A DNA stretch of 62,678 nucleotides, the filler included, from Pirum gemmata (Eukaryota): NCBI GenBank assembly GCA_002812295.1. It is 28 parts of 28 records of this genome, joined end to end, with 100 filler letters (N's around TTAATTAATTAA, not from the genome) between each part and the next. Parts side by side here need not be neighbours in the genome. Positions count along the whole stretch, not along the records: positions 35,328 to 37,291 come from PDIN01009807.1; positions 37,392 to 40,560 come from PDIN01009808.1; positions 40,661 to 42,624 come from PDIN01009809.1; positions 42,725 to 44,668 come from PDIN01009810.1; positions 44,769 to 46,708 come from PDIN01009811.1; positions 46,809 to 50,426 come from PDIN01009812.1; 22 more parts are not named here. The stretch is one strand, 5' to 3'. Positions within the stretch are counted from its first letter, which is position 1, and each line of letters opens with the position of its first letter. The translations under genes and the position numbers were made by a program. Positions 35,760 to 48,684 of this stretch are shown piece after piece. The notes beneath the pieces are model-generated. The model was given only the letters and a program-made list of their open reading frames with translations, had not been told where the DNA came from and did not search any database.

Positions 35760-36953
35760 ATGATGGAATCAGAGGATTTTGTTTATGAAGCCCAAACCCA
35801 AACTAAAAGATTAGCTGCAAATGAGAGAGAGACTGCGAGAAACTCGATCACAATAACGGAAGTAAAAGATCATAATAAAAATGTGTTAGACATTCAATAT
35901 GATCCAGAAAAATTGGATATTTCTTTACCTGGTGTGCGCGTGCTAAATTTAAACCCAGCCGTTGTTGTTTATGAAGTAGTGGTTAAACACGAATTTGATA
36001 ATAATGATAATAATGATAATAATGATAATAATGATAATAATGGTAATAATGGTAATAATGGTAATAATGATAATAACGATAATAATAATAAAGCCAGTAC
36101 TAGAAGTCTTATAAGTGAGAACTCGACGATGAGGGACGATAACAGTTATTTATTGAAATCTATTTTTGGATCACCTAAGAGCCAGAAAGTATTTGATAAT
36201 AGCGATAGTGCTAGTGATACATTTAATAACCAAAAATTAAACAATATAATAGATAAAAATAATAACAGCAATGATGATAATGTTGATGATGATGGTGGTG
36301 GTGGTGAAAATAATGGAACCGAATTTAATAATAGTACCCGCAGCATAACAACAATTGATATTGATAAGAAAAAAGAGAACGACAATATCCCAGGATTACA
36401 AAAACAAAACAGTAATCGTTTTACGGATATACACATCATTGACACCCCTAAAGACGAAAGTATTAAAACTGCTAATCCGTTTGATTCACCTTCTACCCAA
36501 CCTCCAGACCGAAACACACTTCCAGCTTTTGATAACAATTCAATAACTGTTGAAGAAATCATGAAGCAACATAATCAAGAACAACAATTACTTAAAAATA
36601 ATATTTTGCCCTCCACTGCTGTTAAATATGGTTCGAACCATTCTCTTTGCATTGAAAATCCAACTGAATCAACGGCGAACAGAAACGTAACGGTGACTCT
36701 TCGACGCTTTTCTCAATTTGAAGATTTACATCAGAGAATCAAAGTTTTTTATAAAGATAACCATCCACAATTTATTACCAATTTACCTAATTTGCCTGGC
36801 AAAGCTTGGTTGTGGAAAGATCATACTAGTTCTACTTTTTTGCATGAAAGGAGAGCAGGGTTAGATGATTATTTACAAAAACTACTGTTGATACCACGTG
36901 CGTTAGAAGCTCCTGCGCTGAAACAGTTTCTATTTGCTGAAAGTTATTTTTAA
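35760..36953 (+). CDS. PX (phox homology) domain protein with a long disordered insertion
   Basis: C-terminal PX core VTLRRFSQFEDLHQRI...LPNLPGK...FLHERRAGLDDYLQKLL...LKQFL; N-terminal strands resembling PX beta1-2 (LDISLPG..VVVYEVVVK). Confidence 0.85.
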   Translation: MMESEDFVYEAQTQTKRLAANERETARNSITITEVKDHNKNVLDIQYDPEKLDISLPGVRVLNLNPAVVVYEVVVKHEFDNNDNNDNNDNNDNNGNNGNNGNNDNNDNNNKASTRSLISENSTMRDDNSYLLKSIFGSPKSQKVFDNSDSASDTFNNQKLNNIIDKNNNSNDDNVDDDGGGGENNGTEFNNSTRSITTIDIDKKKENDNIPGLQKQNSNRFTDIHIIDTPKDESIKTANPFDSPSTQPPDRNTLPAFDNNSITVEEIMKQHNQEQQLLKNNILPSTAVKYGSNHSLCIENPTESTANRNVTVTLRRFSQFEDLHQRIKVFYKDNHPQFITNLPNLPGKAWLWKDHTSSTFLHERRAGLDDYLQKLLLIPRALEAPALKQFLFAESYF

Positions 36954-37649
36954 AAATCAATTTGTTTTTTTTTTTTGAAAATATAATACAATACAATTAC
37001 AAAATACAGTTTTTTGTTTTTTTTTTGGTTTTTTTTGGTTTTTTTTGGTTTTTTTGGTTTTTTTTGGTTTTTTTGGTTTTTTTTGGGGTTTTTTTGTATT
37101 ATCGTTATCATCATCATTATCATTATTATTATCATCATCATCATTTTCATCTTTATTATCATTATTATTATTATCATCATTATTATCATCATTATTATTA
37201 TCATTATTATCATCATTATTATTACCAATATTATTATCAATATTATTATCAATATTATTATCAATATTATTATCAATATTATTATCAATATNNNNNNNNN
37301 NNNNNNNNNNNNNNNNNNNNNNNNNNNNNNNNNNNTTAATTAATTAANNNNNNNNNNNNNNNNNNNNNNNNNNNNNNNNNNNNNNNNNNNNACCCAAGGT
37401 CCCCAACCCCAACCCCAACCCACTGGGGCTGCGGTGACGAGTGCGGTCCCCAACCCCAACCCATCCGCCCACACACAACCACAAGGTCCACAACCACTCC
37501 CAAGTCCCAACTTCCCGATTGGGAGATACAGCAAAGGAGATGTATAAAAAAAGTTGCCTAGCTAGCCAGTCGTAGCTAGGAAGTTGCCTAGCTAGCGGAG
37601 AGTAGTAGGGGTAGACCAGGGGATCTAACTAGCTAGCTATCATAGCTAA

Positions 37650-37796
37650 GGAGCGTTCAAATAATACGTCACGTCAAGGGGTAGGTAGGTAGGTAGGTGG
37701 TATTTGACCGAAAATTAACGTCGAGGGCTAGGTAGGTAGGGGCTATTTGAAGCTGTATTTGACGGGAAATTGGCGTTACGTAATATTTGAACGCTC
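37650..37796. mobile_element. Short MITE related to the 17171 element; reverse-orientation copy at 60142-60279
   Basis: GGAGCGTTCAAATA...TATTTGAACGCTC termini; the interior is the reverse complement of 60142-60279. Confidence 0.8.
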
Positions 37797-38046
37797 TAGC
37801 TAGTAGTTTGAACGCTCAACTACTACTACTAGCTAGCTAGCTAGCTAGGTCTATGCTAGCTACTAGCTATGATAGCTAGCTAGAGACTACACTGCTACTA
37901 CCAGTTGACCAGGGTCCAGGCACATCTAGATGTCTGGCTAGTCTATGATAGCTAGCTAGAGTAGTATGATAGACTAGTAGAGTCTAAGTAGACCTCTAGC
38001 TAGAGGTACCAAGGACTTCAAAAAAGAAAGTCCTTGCCTCTACTAT

Positions 38047-38334
38047 TAACCTGGCCCTGGTATTTTCTTCCGATATCGGAACTTTTTGAAAAAAAAGTTC
38101 TGATAGCTGTTCTGATAGAGGGTCTATCGGAACTTTTTTGTAAAAAAAAAAAAAAAAAAAGTGTTTTTTTGGGTGGCCACCAATTAAGGGCGAGAGCTTA
38201 TTTTATTTATTTTACTCAATACTTTTCATTGGGTTTCATTTCACGGTGCGAAATAATTGGATCTGAGGCATCAGACATAGTCTAGACTATCATAGTTAAA
38301 TCGTGCAGGTCTGAGGGCTCCTAGTCTGGGTCTT

Positions 38335-38380
<46 letters not shown>

Positions 38381-39132
38381 ATAATAACGTCTTCACGACC
38401 TAGCTAGACTACTACTGGTTAGGAGTAGTAATTTAGGTGCTATGAACTAGGACAGGAGTCCGAATCACAAGACAATATCGCACACAAGTTGAGAAAAAAA
38501 TGATCGGAGTTGCAGGACCGCCAGTGCCAGGACAAACTCTATGACTGCATACAAGAAACTCTCACTCTCAGAAGAAACGATTTGCTCGCGGTTTATACAA
38601 AATATGTAGGGGCCTGTTACGGTCAGGTTTTTTTTGCTTTATTTAGTTTTGTTACTCTATTTAGATTTATATTCTAATTATAGTAAATTCACGGCTGATT
38701 TTCGCTGATTCTTTTTCAAGCTGATTTTCACAAGTTGAAAAGGCATTATATGTATATAAACACTACGATATCATAACAATAAACAATAAACAATAAATTT
38801 TTAAACAATAAACAATAAACAATTAACATTTGTTATATATAATATATATATACATAATTATGAATAGAAAATATCAATAATATTATACATATAGTAGAAT
38901 ATTAGACTATCATCACATTGTAATCCATGAAATATATCAACAAATATTTACCTGGCCCTGGTATTTTCTTCCGATATCGGAACTTTTTGAAAAAAAAGTT
39001 CTGATATCGGAACTTTTTGGGTGGCCACCAATTAAGGGCGAGAGCTTATTTTATTCATTTTACTCAATACTTTTCATTGGATTTCATTTCACGGAGCGAA
39101 ATAATTGGATCTGAGGCATCAGACATAGTCTG
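38047..39132. repeat. Direct duplication of ~190 bp (38047-38283 and 38949-39132)
   Basis: ACCTGGCCCTGGTATTTTCTTCCGATATCGGAAC...GGATCTGAGGCATCAGACATAGTCT is nearly identical in both copies; the first copy carries insertions. Confidence 0.85.
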
Positions 39133-40943
39133 TGGTAAATGTAAACTAAGGGTAAAAAAAAGCAATCTTGGAACCTAGTTTTACGTTTGAGTGTGTATAG
39201 ATTTACTTACTAACGAAAATAAAATATTGTTATTGTTTACTGTTTATATTGTTTATTGTTTATTGTTTATTGTTTATTGTTTATTGTTTATTGTTTATTG
39301 TTTATTGTTTATTGTTTATTGTTTATTGTTTATTGTTTATTGTTTATTGTTTTNNNNNNNNNNNNNNNNNNNNNNNNNNNNNNNNTAGTAATAATAATAA
39401 TATTGAACAAAATTCTACTTACTAATAGTAATAGTGTTAGTAGTAATAATAATGAACAAAATTCTACATAAATGACAATATTATTTCTATGAATAAATAT
39501 TCACTGCAAAAATTAAATAAAGAAATGCTAATACTAATACTAATACTAATAGTATACTAATAATAATAGTACACTATTAAATAATAATAATAATAATATA
39601 GCTAATAATAAAGTAATAATAAGCAGCTGAATAAGCAGGTATGTCGTCGTTTCTTTTTTTTTTTTTTTTTTTATGTTTTATCAGTAGACCTAACAACTGA
39701 CCTAACTGTTTGTTTTTGTTATCATACTTACGTAAACCTTATCATTGACTTATGATTAGTATTAATGACGTCATCAAAACACTCCAGTCCCCATCATCTG
39801 ACCTATCATATGAAAATTCTAAGCTTTTAGATTGTAAAACAAGCCATTAAAATGGTAATCTAGAAAAAGATATGTTAAATAAGTGACGTCATTCCTAGGT
39901 TTTTCGTTTTTTTAACAACCAAACCGGATAAAAATACCAACCCGAAAAATCTCAAAATGCTCAAATTTTAATAAAAGTACTACCAAATATTTAGAAATAG
40001 TTTAACTAAAAAAACCCTATTATGAGCCAATGACCAGTTTTAATAATAATTTGGCTACTTAGTATTAAAGTTTTTTAGAAAAGAAATCTAAAAAAAAATG
40101 GTTTCTACACTCTAGTCTATTTAGACCAAGCCGGATAAAACTAATAACTATAAAACTGTAGAAATAGACTCAGGAATAATAATAATAATAAATTTTATTG
40201 TTAGCATTTTATATACGTCATCATAGTATAGTCAAAATTATTCAAGTAGCATTCAAGTCAAGAAACATTTCTAAAAAAAATGACGTAGGGCATGAGGTCT
40301 AAGTATGAGGGTAACGCGGATGACGTCATCATAATAAAAAATGTATATTTTTTGGGGCTACTCTAACTATTGATAGTAGACCTAGCTAGTTAGGGGGAAC
40401 TTAGGGAACATTCATAAATGAAGGACATCACTTTTTCTTGAATAGAAGTCATTGCCCGAAAGTGTGACTTAAACTATTTTAAGAAGTAATTAATTATTAA
40501 AATGAACTTTAAAATTATGACCAAAAGTGTTTTGGACAAAGAGGCATAGTTAAGATTAGGNNNNNNNNNNNNNNNNNNNNNNNNNNNNNNNNNNNNNNNN
40601 NNNNTTAATTAATTAANNNNNNNNNNNNNNNNNNNNNNNNNNNNNNNNNNNNNNNNNNNNGGGTTGGTGAGGGGGTTGGTGAGGGTAATAAAAAAAACAA
40701 AATAATAATAGTAGTAGTATTAGTGGTGGTGGTCGAAGTCGTAGTAACAAGAATGAAATAAAACTTACAATGTGACTAAGTTAAGGATATTATTAAAACT
40801 GTTGGCAACTATAGCAGCCATTAGGGGTTGGTGAAGGCTGCGATGAATTTTTAGGGGAAGTGAAGGTATTCATTTATTATTATTATTATTATTATATATA
40901 ATTACTCTATAAATATATTTTTAAAAGATGTATCGTATGCATG

Positions 40944-40979
<36 letters not shown>

Positions 40980-41284
40980 TTTTAATAAATTAAAAGAAGG
41001 TAAATAATAATAATAATTTATGATCAATAATAATAATAATAATACTAATAATAAAGACATAATAATAATAATAATAAACAAAAAACAAATAGAAAATTCT
41101 TCTTTATTATTATTATTATTATTATTACTTTTATTATTATTTTTGAAATATTGATTGTCAAATATATCTTAACAGCCTCTAGGCCAGAGTCTGGAAAAAA
41201 AAAAAAATAATAAAAAATAAATACACAAATTTTAATTTGCTGATTAATTTTTAGTTTTAAAAAAAGGTAAAACTGGTATTATTA

Positions 41285-42393
41285 TTAATGCCCATCTTTT
41301 TTCTTTTTAATTTTTTGAAATATTGATCTTTTCCGCGAATGAGAATGGCTCTTTTTACTTTCCTGACTACTTATTGGTCTGATTGTTGTATCACTGTTAT
41401 GGTGTTGTACCTTAACATAGCCACTAGATAGGCTGGAAAGGGATGAATCTGGCGTTTGTAACGAGCACGTGGTTTCATTTGCTTTAAGGATTGCTTTAAC
41501 ATTTCTGTTTTGAATAACTTTAACCCACCCATCGTTGCTACTACAACAACTACTACTACTACTACTACTGTTACTACCAGCACTTATGTTGTTGTTGTGG
41601 TGGTGGTGGTGGTGGTGGTGGTGGTTGCTGCTGTTGTTGTTGATATTGTTGTTGTTGTGGTGGTGGTGGTGGTGGTGGTGGTGGTGGTTGTGGTTGTTGT
41701 TGTTGTTGTTGTGGTGGTGGTGGTGGTGGTTGTTGCTGCTATGGCTAAGGGTGTTGTGGTGGTTGTCATTATAATTGTTGTTGTTATCACTCTTACTGCT
41801 GATTCTGCTGTTGTTAATTATCCCATGTCCTGTATTAGCATCTATAACATTCAATAAAGACGAAAACGAACAATGGAACGAAGAAATACCAAACGATGGA
41901 TTCTTATTTAAATCTAACACTTCAAAATCAACATCTTCATAAACGACATCATTATTTACAATTAAATTCTTATCATCATCATTATCATCATTATCTTCAT
42001 TATCATCATTTAAATCATCATCATCATTAACATCATCATCATTACCTATATCAACATAACTACCAGTATTACAACTTGTAGTACGTTCAATGTAGTTAAT
42101 GAGTTTGTGTATATTAGCTTGATCTTCTTGAGAACAGTTACGCAGAAAAGAGTCGGTGTCATCTTTATTACTAACCCCGTGCATTATTAGACTTAAATCG
42201 TGCAAGTTTTTCGTATTTGAATCTTTTTGCTTTAAGCAAGATTTAGTTAATAAAGAAACAATACTATCAGCATTAACACGTTCATAAATCCTTTCTTCCT
42301 TTTCTGTTGCTAAGTTTGTAAGGTTGATTTTGTTGAAATTTAATGAACTTAAACCAGAAAAGGATTCGTAAAGCGGTTCGGTATTATTAGTAC

Positions 42394-42450
<57 letters not shown>

Positions 42451-42558
42451 ACCTACTCATCTTATTCATATGTAATAAATTTAAACCAGAATTTAAAAAA
42501 GAAGCACTTTCATATAAGAGCTCGTTTTTGGAGTTACTGTTATTACTATTATTAGTAC

Positions 42559-42600
<42 letters not shown>

Positions 42601-42624
42601 TGTTGTTGTTGTTGTTGTTGTTGT
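41285..42624 (-). CDS. C-terminal part of a low-complexity N/H/D/S-rich protein with several Tyr motifs
   Basis: The frame stays open from the N gap to TAA at 41285. Motifs LLYES, PLYES, IYER, SYVD, VYEDV, GYVKV; basic C-terminus. Confidence 0.7.
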
Positions 42625-43083
42625 NNNNNNNNNNNNNNNNNNNNNNNNNNNNNNNNNNNNNNNNNNNNTTAATTAATTAANNNNNNNNNNNNNNNNNNNN
42701 NNNNNNNNNNNNNNNNNNNNNNNNTAATAATAATAATAATAATAACAGCACCAACAACATGATTCTTATCAATAAATATGTAATTAATTAATTAATTAGT
42801 CAGAGAGAGAAAACAATATTACGATGTCAAAATACAAACAAACAAACAAAAACAAAAGAATTCAATTTCTTTCTTTTTAAAGTCCCTTCTTATTTCTTAT
42901 TTCCTATTTCCTATTTCCTATTTCCTATTTCCTATTTCCTATTTCTTATATCTATTTCTTATTCATTTTAAATTATTTATTATTTATTTTTTTATTATTT
43001 TATTATTTGTTATTTTATTACTTATCATTTTATTAACCATACCCTCTTTTTCCGTTTTTTTTTATATTATTTATTATTATTAG

Positions 43084-43324
43084 TGAATTCATTACATTAC
43101 ATAAAGAATTAAGAAAACATTTCAAACAAAAATACAGTCACTTAACAGATTGCATACCCCAACCACCTCCCAAAGCTTGGGCCTGGCAAGATCACTTTGA
43201 TACCGAGTTTCTTGAAAATCGTACAGAAGATTTAAAAACATGGTTCACATCTCTAATGAAAGTACCCCACATACTAGAGAGTGGGCATATCAAAGCCTTT
43301 TTACAACCGTTAAAAGATGAATAA
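43084..43324 (+). CDS. Terminal exon of a second PX-domain protein
   Basis: Not in the ORF track. Translates as EFITLHKELRKHF...IPQPPPKAWAWQDHFDTEFLENRTEDLKTWFTSLMKVP...IKAFLQPLKDE*, after a pyrimidine-rich TAG acceptor. Confidence 0.85.
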
Positions 43325-44259
43325 AATAAACAAGAGTAGTTATTAGAACATATGAAATCAAAACAATAATAACAATTCCAATACCAATAGCTAGTAATAA
43401 CAGCAATAATTGATAATATTTTAATTTTTTATATATAAATAATAAGGAGAAATTAAAATTTTCCTTTTTCTATATGCAGTAGAGAGGAGCAGTAGGTTAC
43501 AGTTATATATAGTTAATTATAGTTGACTTAATAATGTATACGCGCAACCCCTTCTATGACACAGGTATAGTACAGTATTAGCATTATTAACTATATTTTG
43601 ATATTTAAATATAATAATAATTACGCTAACAATAACAATTGCATTGACTATTAGTAATAACAGTAATAATATCAATAACAATGATCGACCACAAGAGCGG
43701 GGAGAGACAGGTGTCTATATAGTAAAAGGTTATAATGGTAATGATAATGGTATTTATTATTAATAACTAGTGATAACAGTAATAACTACGTTGATATTTT
43801 AATAATGACAATGACAATGGCTAGTATTAACAGCAACAACTACGCTAGCTATAACAATATATAATGATAGTAGCTGGTAATAACAGCAGTAGTTTGTTAC
43901 ACTGCGTGGGTTTTGTTTTCTACAAGTGAAAAAGAGGTGTCTTAAAACAGGCCCAGGATTTTGAGTGGACTTTTATTAATAAGAAACACCATATAAATAT
44001 GAAAATCGTATATGCGTTTCATTTGTACGTTTTTAATATTTTTCATCAGTAAGGGGAAATTATGAAAGTAAAATGGCGCTATTAAAAATAATTTGGCACA
44101 TAATAGCATGGTTTGTCAGAGTTCTTCAAAGACTCATTCGCATCCCCCTCCCACTATTTTATGTTTGTTTGGGCCTACAAAATAAACAAGAGTGGGTAGG
44201 AAAACATGCGAAGAAAATAATAATAATGATAATGCCAATAGCTGATAATAACAGCAATC

Positions 44260-44295
<36 letters not shown>

Positions 44296-45466
44296 GCTAT
44301 TATTGTTATTGTTGTGGTGTTTTTTTTTTTTAGATAAAAAAGTGGATTATTATAATTACTTCGTAAGTATTAAAACTTGCAAAAATATTGAACGCCAAAA
44401 GTAATATTATACACTGTAACTGTAGCTTAAAACCAACTAAACAGATTTGAATCACAACAAAGACAATACTATAAACAAGGGTTTATTAAAACAATAGCAA
44501 TAACGGAAATAGTGTCGTTGGGGTTTTCATTTGTTATCGACTTCACAGTACAATGCTACTATAAAAAAATACACTACACAGCCAGATGCGGAAAAACATA
44601 ATCGAATCAAACAGCTCGATCCTAATTATTAAATAGTGACAATTTTGAAATGATATTCTTTTTTTCAANNNNNNNNNNNNNNNNNNNNNNNNNNNNNNNN
44701 NNNNNNNNNNNNTTAATTAATTAANNNNNNNNNNNNNNNNNNNNNNNNNNNNNNNNNNNNNNNNNNNNTAATAATAATAATAATAAAAGAGCAAATTTAA
44801 TTAATTAATTAAAATGTCAAAACTATAAACCATACTTTTTACGAGATACATCATTTTTTTCTAACGTTAACAAAATTGTTGATTATTACAATTATCACAA
44901 ATAAACAAAATTTTTAACTATTACAATTATCAAGAAATTTATAAGGCCTCCATACACGAGAGCTACATCATCATGTAACTACGTCATCATCCATACAACT
45001 ACGGTAAATTTAATTCCATGGGACTGGTCGTTCCCTGGATTTATTATGACGTCATCACATAATAATAATAGGTATATAATTATAACAGTATTATAACTAT
45101 AATTATTATAATATACATATATATTATTATTATATACCTGTATATAGACATATCATATAATTATAAAAAATAACAAATACTTCCAAATTAACTTTTGTAT
45201 TATCTACCCTTATTTAGGTCATCCAAACTTTTTTGGTATGTTTTACCTAAAAAAGAGCTATTTTTCAAATATGTAGTCTCTAAAAATAGTAATATTTTAC
45301 AAATACGGTTGTTAAGTAATAATCTAAATCTTAAAATTACCGATAATGGGTCAGGATAATGGGTAAGAGTCTGGGTACCCTTATTTAGGTCATCCATAGT
45401 AGTAGTTCATAACCTATATATTACTATTTTTCATTTTTTAATAAGATCATAAATAAATAAAAAAAA

Positions 45467-45530
<64 letters not shown>

Positions 45531-45679
45531 CAATTATAAAACTTCAACTTTTTTTCACTAATTAAAAAAAGCTCACCTTTGATATTCGAAATATTCGATT
45601 CTATAAAATTACTATTGTTTGAAAAACAGACAGACATTTTGTAGTCATTTCGTTAACCCTAAAAAATTCTAGTGAAACC

Positions 45680-45892
45680 AGTAAGGGTGAGATGACGTCA
45701 TTTTATTATTACCGAACAGCTTCCGCAACTTTTCCGATTTTATGGTTTTTATTACTATTAATGTTGATATTATTACTTTAATTGGTATCTTATATAATTA
45801 CATATACTATTTTAAGCTATTTAATTGCTATTATTAGTTGGCTCGATAAGCATCTGTTCGAGAAAAGTTCCAGTAGATATCTCACCCCTACT
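45680..45892. mobile_element. MITE with 14-bp TIRs and an 8-bp target-site duplication
   Basis: GTGAAACC|AGTAAGGGTGAGAT...ATCTCACCCCTACT|GTGAAACC. Confidence 0.65.
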
Positions 45893-46156
45893 GTGAAACC
45901 CCAAAAAGTTTGTCGTTTTTTAACTATTTGTACTATATGAAAAATGTAATAGTTTTTATAATGCGCAGAGCTATGCGCAGTACAATTGGACAAAAGTATG
46001 TTAAGGATCGGCTAATGAAATTGCTAATAAAATGCTGTAGAATTTTAATAACCAAATATAGTAACTTTGCTGCTTAATATGAAAAACGGTTAGGAGTGCG
46101 TCAGAGAGTGGCCTCTTGTTTGGGAGGATTGATGATGGTTTACGGCCAATGAAATG

Positions 46157-46540
46157 GCTTAGGGTAAGGGTTAAGGTAAGGGTCTGGTAAGGGTTAGGGT
46201 AAGGTTAGGGTATGGGTTAGTAGGGTTAGGGTTAGGGTTAGGGTTAGGGTTAGGGTTAGGGTTAGGGTTAAGGTTAGGGTTAGGAAACTGTTAGGGTTGT
46301 AGGTTAGAGTTAGAGTTAGAGTTAGGGATGGGGTTAGGGCTAGGGTTAGGGTTAGGGTTAGAGTTAGGGTTAGGGATATGGTTAGGATTAGGGTTAGGAT
46401 TAATTAATTAGGGTTAGAATTAGGGTTAAGATTAGGGCTAGTGTTAAGATCAGGGTTAAAAAGTTAAGGTTAAGGTTAGGGTTAAGGTTAAGGTTAATTA
46501 AGGTTAGAGTTAGGGTTAAAAGGTCAGTTAGGGTTATGGT
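46157..46540. repeat. Degenerate interstitial (TTAGGG)n array
   Basis: Directly visible, with TTAAGG/TTAGAG variants. Confidence 0.9.
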
Positions 46541-46808
46541 AATTATGCTACTAAATTTGGAACCACATTTCAGAACTGAAATTTTAACACCCATTTTTGG
46601 CAGCTCAATTTCCATAATAATAATTTGTTAACTATGCTACCTAGTATTATAATATAAGTGTTATGATATGTTACTATTATTATGTTATTATTATTATTAT
46701 TATTATTANNNNNNNNNNNNNNNNNNNNNNNNNNNNNNNNNNNNNNNNNNNNTTAATTAATTAANNNNNNNNNNNNNNNNNNNNNNNNNNNNNNNNNNNN
46801 NNNNNNNN

Positions 46809-46858
<50 letters not shown>

Positions 46859-47120
46859 GACTAGTAATATTAGTATGATAGTAGCAGCAGTAGTAGTAGT
46901 AGTAGTAGTAGTAAAGCTACTACTACTACTACTAAAACAATATAATGATATTAGTAGTAGTGTAAAGCTATTACTACTAATACTAAAACAATATAATGAT
47001 ATTAGTAGTAGTGTAAAGCTATTACTACTAATACTATAGTTATTAGCAATGGGTAAAAGTAATAGGTAATAGTATTAAAAATAGAATTCATTATCATTAG
47101 TAATAATTAATAATCAATAC

Positions 47121-47971
47121 CATTAAACAATATTTTCTGAATTTCAGCTAGGGGCATGCCTTTGAAGGACTTCTCGTGATTTCCAAGAATAACAATCTTT
47201 ATTTCATGCTCCAAATTCCCTAGTATTTATTTGTTTAATTATTTTATTTTAGTTATTTCATATTCTATTCTATTTTATTTCTCTTATTTTCTATTCTTTT
47301 TTATTATTTAATTTCTTTTTTTTTTCATTTTTTTTCATTTTATTATTATTATTATTATTATAAATATATATTATATTATTTTATTTTATTTTATTTTATT
47401 GTGTGCTTGTCATTTAACGTAATACCCACTATAACAATTATTCAAGATCAGCTCCCCTTGCTATAATAGTAAACATTTTTTAGTTTTTATTCTTTTTTTG
47501 TTATCATTCTTTTACTAACTTACCCAGCCAATCATTGAATGCTTTTATTTTTGAATCCGAGTTATAGAAATTTGTGAAATCACCACAATGTATAAAAACG
47601 TCCCCGTCTGGAATCGGAACACTTAATGAATGGGTTAGGGTTAGGGTTAAGGTTAGGGTTAAGGTTAGGGTTAGGGTTAGGGTTAGGGTTAGGGTTAGGG
47701 TTAGGGTTAGGGTTAGGGTTAGGGTTAGGGTTAGGGTTAGGGTTAGGGTTAGGGTTAGGGTTAGGGCTAGGGTTAGTTAATATAAATACAAAACCAAATT
47801 GGCAGTAGTAGTAGTAGAAAAGGGAAGGCTGAGTGATAAAACTTGAAGCATCAACAGAAATGAAACTAAAGACAAACCTTTCATGATCTCCATGAGTGTC
47901 TGATATAACAACAAAACGGGTAGATTGCTTGCATCTAGCATTTTCAACTTTTTGTACAACATTAGGTCCAT
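47121..47971 (-). CDS. Metallophosphoesterase (MPPED1/2, 239FB-like) internal exons: 47971-47878, 47621-47524, 47219-47121
   Basis: The spliced product contains RFVVISDTH, IPDGDVFIHCGDFT, FNDWLG and KIVILGNHE, i.e. calcineurin-like motifs I-III; GT-AG phases are consistent. Confidence 0.9.
47632..47777. repeat. Nearly pure (TTAGGG)n array (~24 units) inside a metallophosphoesterase intron
   Basis: Lies within intron 47622-47877. Confidence 0.9.
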
Positions 47972-48230
47972 CTAAAAGAAAGAAATAAGGAGAAATTCAT
48001 ATGCGAAGAAAATGAACCAGATATTGTAAGCTACTACTACTACTGCTGCTACTACTATTGCTACTACTACTACTACTACTATTACTACTATTACTACTAC
48101 TACCTACTACTACTACTACTGCCGCTGCTGCTGCTGCTGCTGCTACTACTACTACTACTACTACTACTACTATTACTACTATTACTACTACTACTACTAC
48201 TACTACCGCTACTATTATTATTATTGTTAT

Positions 48231-48275
<45 letters not shown>

Positions 48276-48315
48276 CCACTACTACTACCCACTACTACTA
48301 TTATTATTATTGTTG

Positions 48316-48389
<74 letters not shown>

Positions 48390-48684
48390 NNNNNNNNNNN
48401 NNNNNNNNNNNNNNNNNNNNNNNNNNNNNNNNNNNNNNNNNNNNNNNNNNNNNNNNNNNNNNNNNNNNNNNNNNNNNNNNNNNNNNNNNNNNNNNNNNNN
48501 NNNNNNNNNNNNNNNNNNNNNNNNNNNNNNNNNNNNNNNNNNTATTTTACAGTCTTCTTTTGTATGTTTGACAAGTACAGTTTTTATGGGTTTCCAGATT
48601 TTTAATTTTGATTATTTGTGTGGTTTTGTTTTTCCTAACCCTAACCCTAACCCTAACCCTAACCCTAACCCTTTTTAATTATAG

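Noticed and set aside
38336..38378. Long poly(A) tracts (also ~45470 and ~55351) as SINE or retrocopy tails
   Set aside because: No shared upstream body, Pol III boxes or TSDs were found, and homopolymers are common in this genome.
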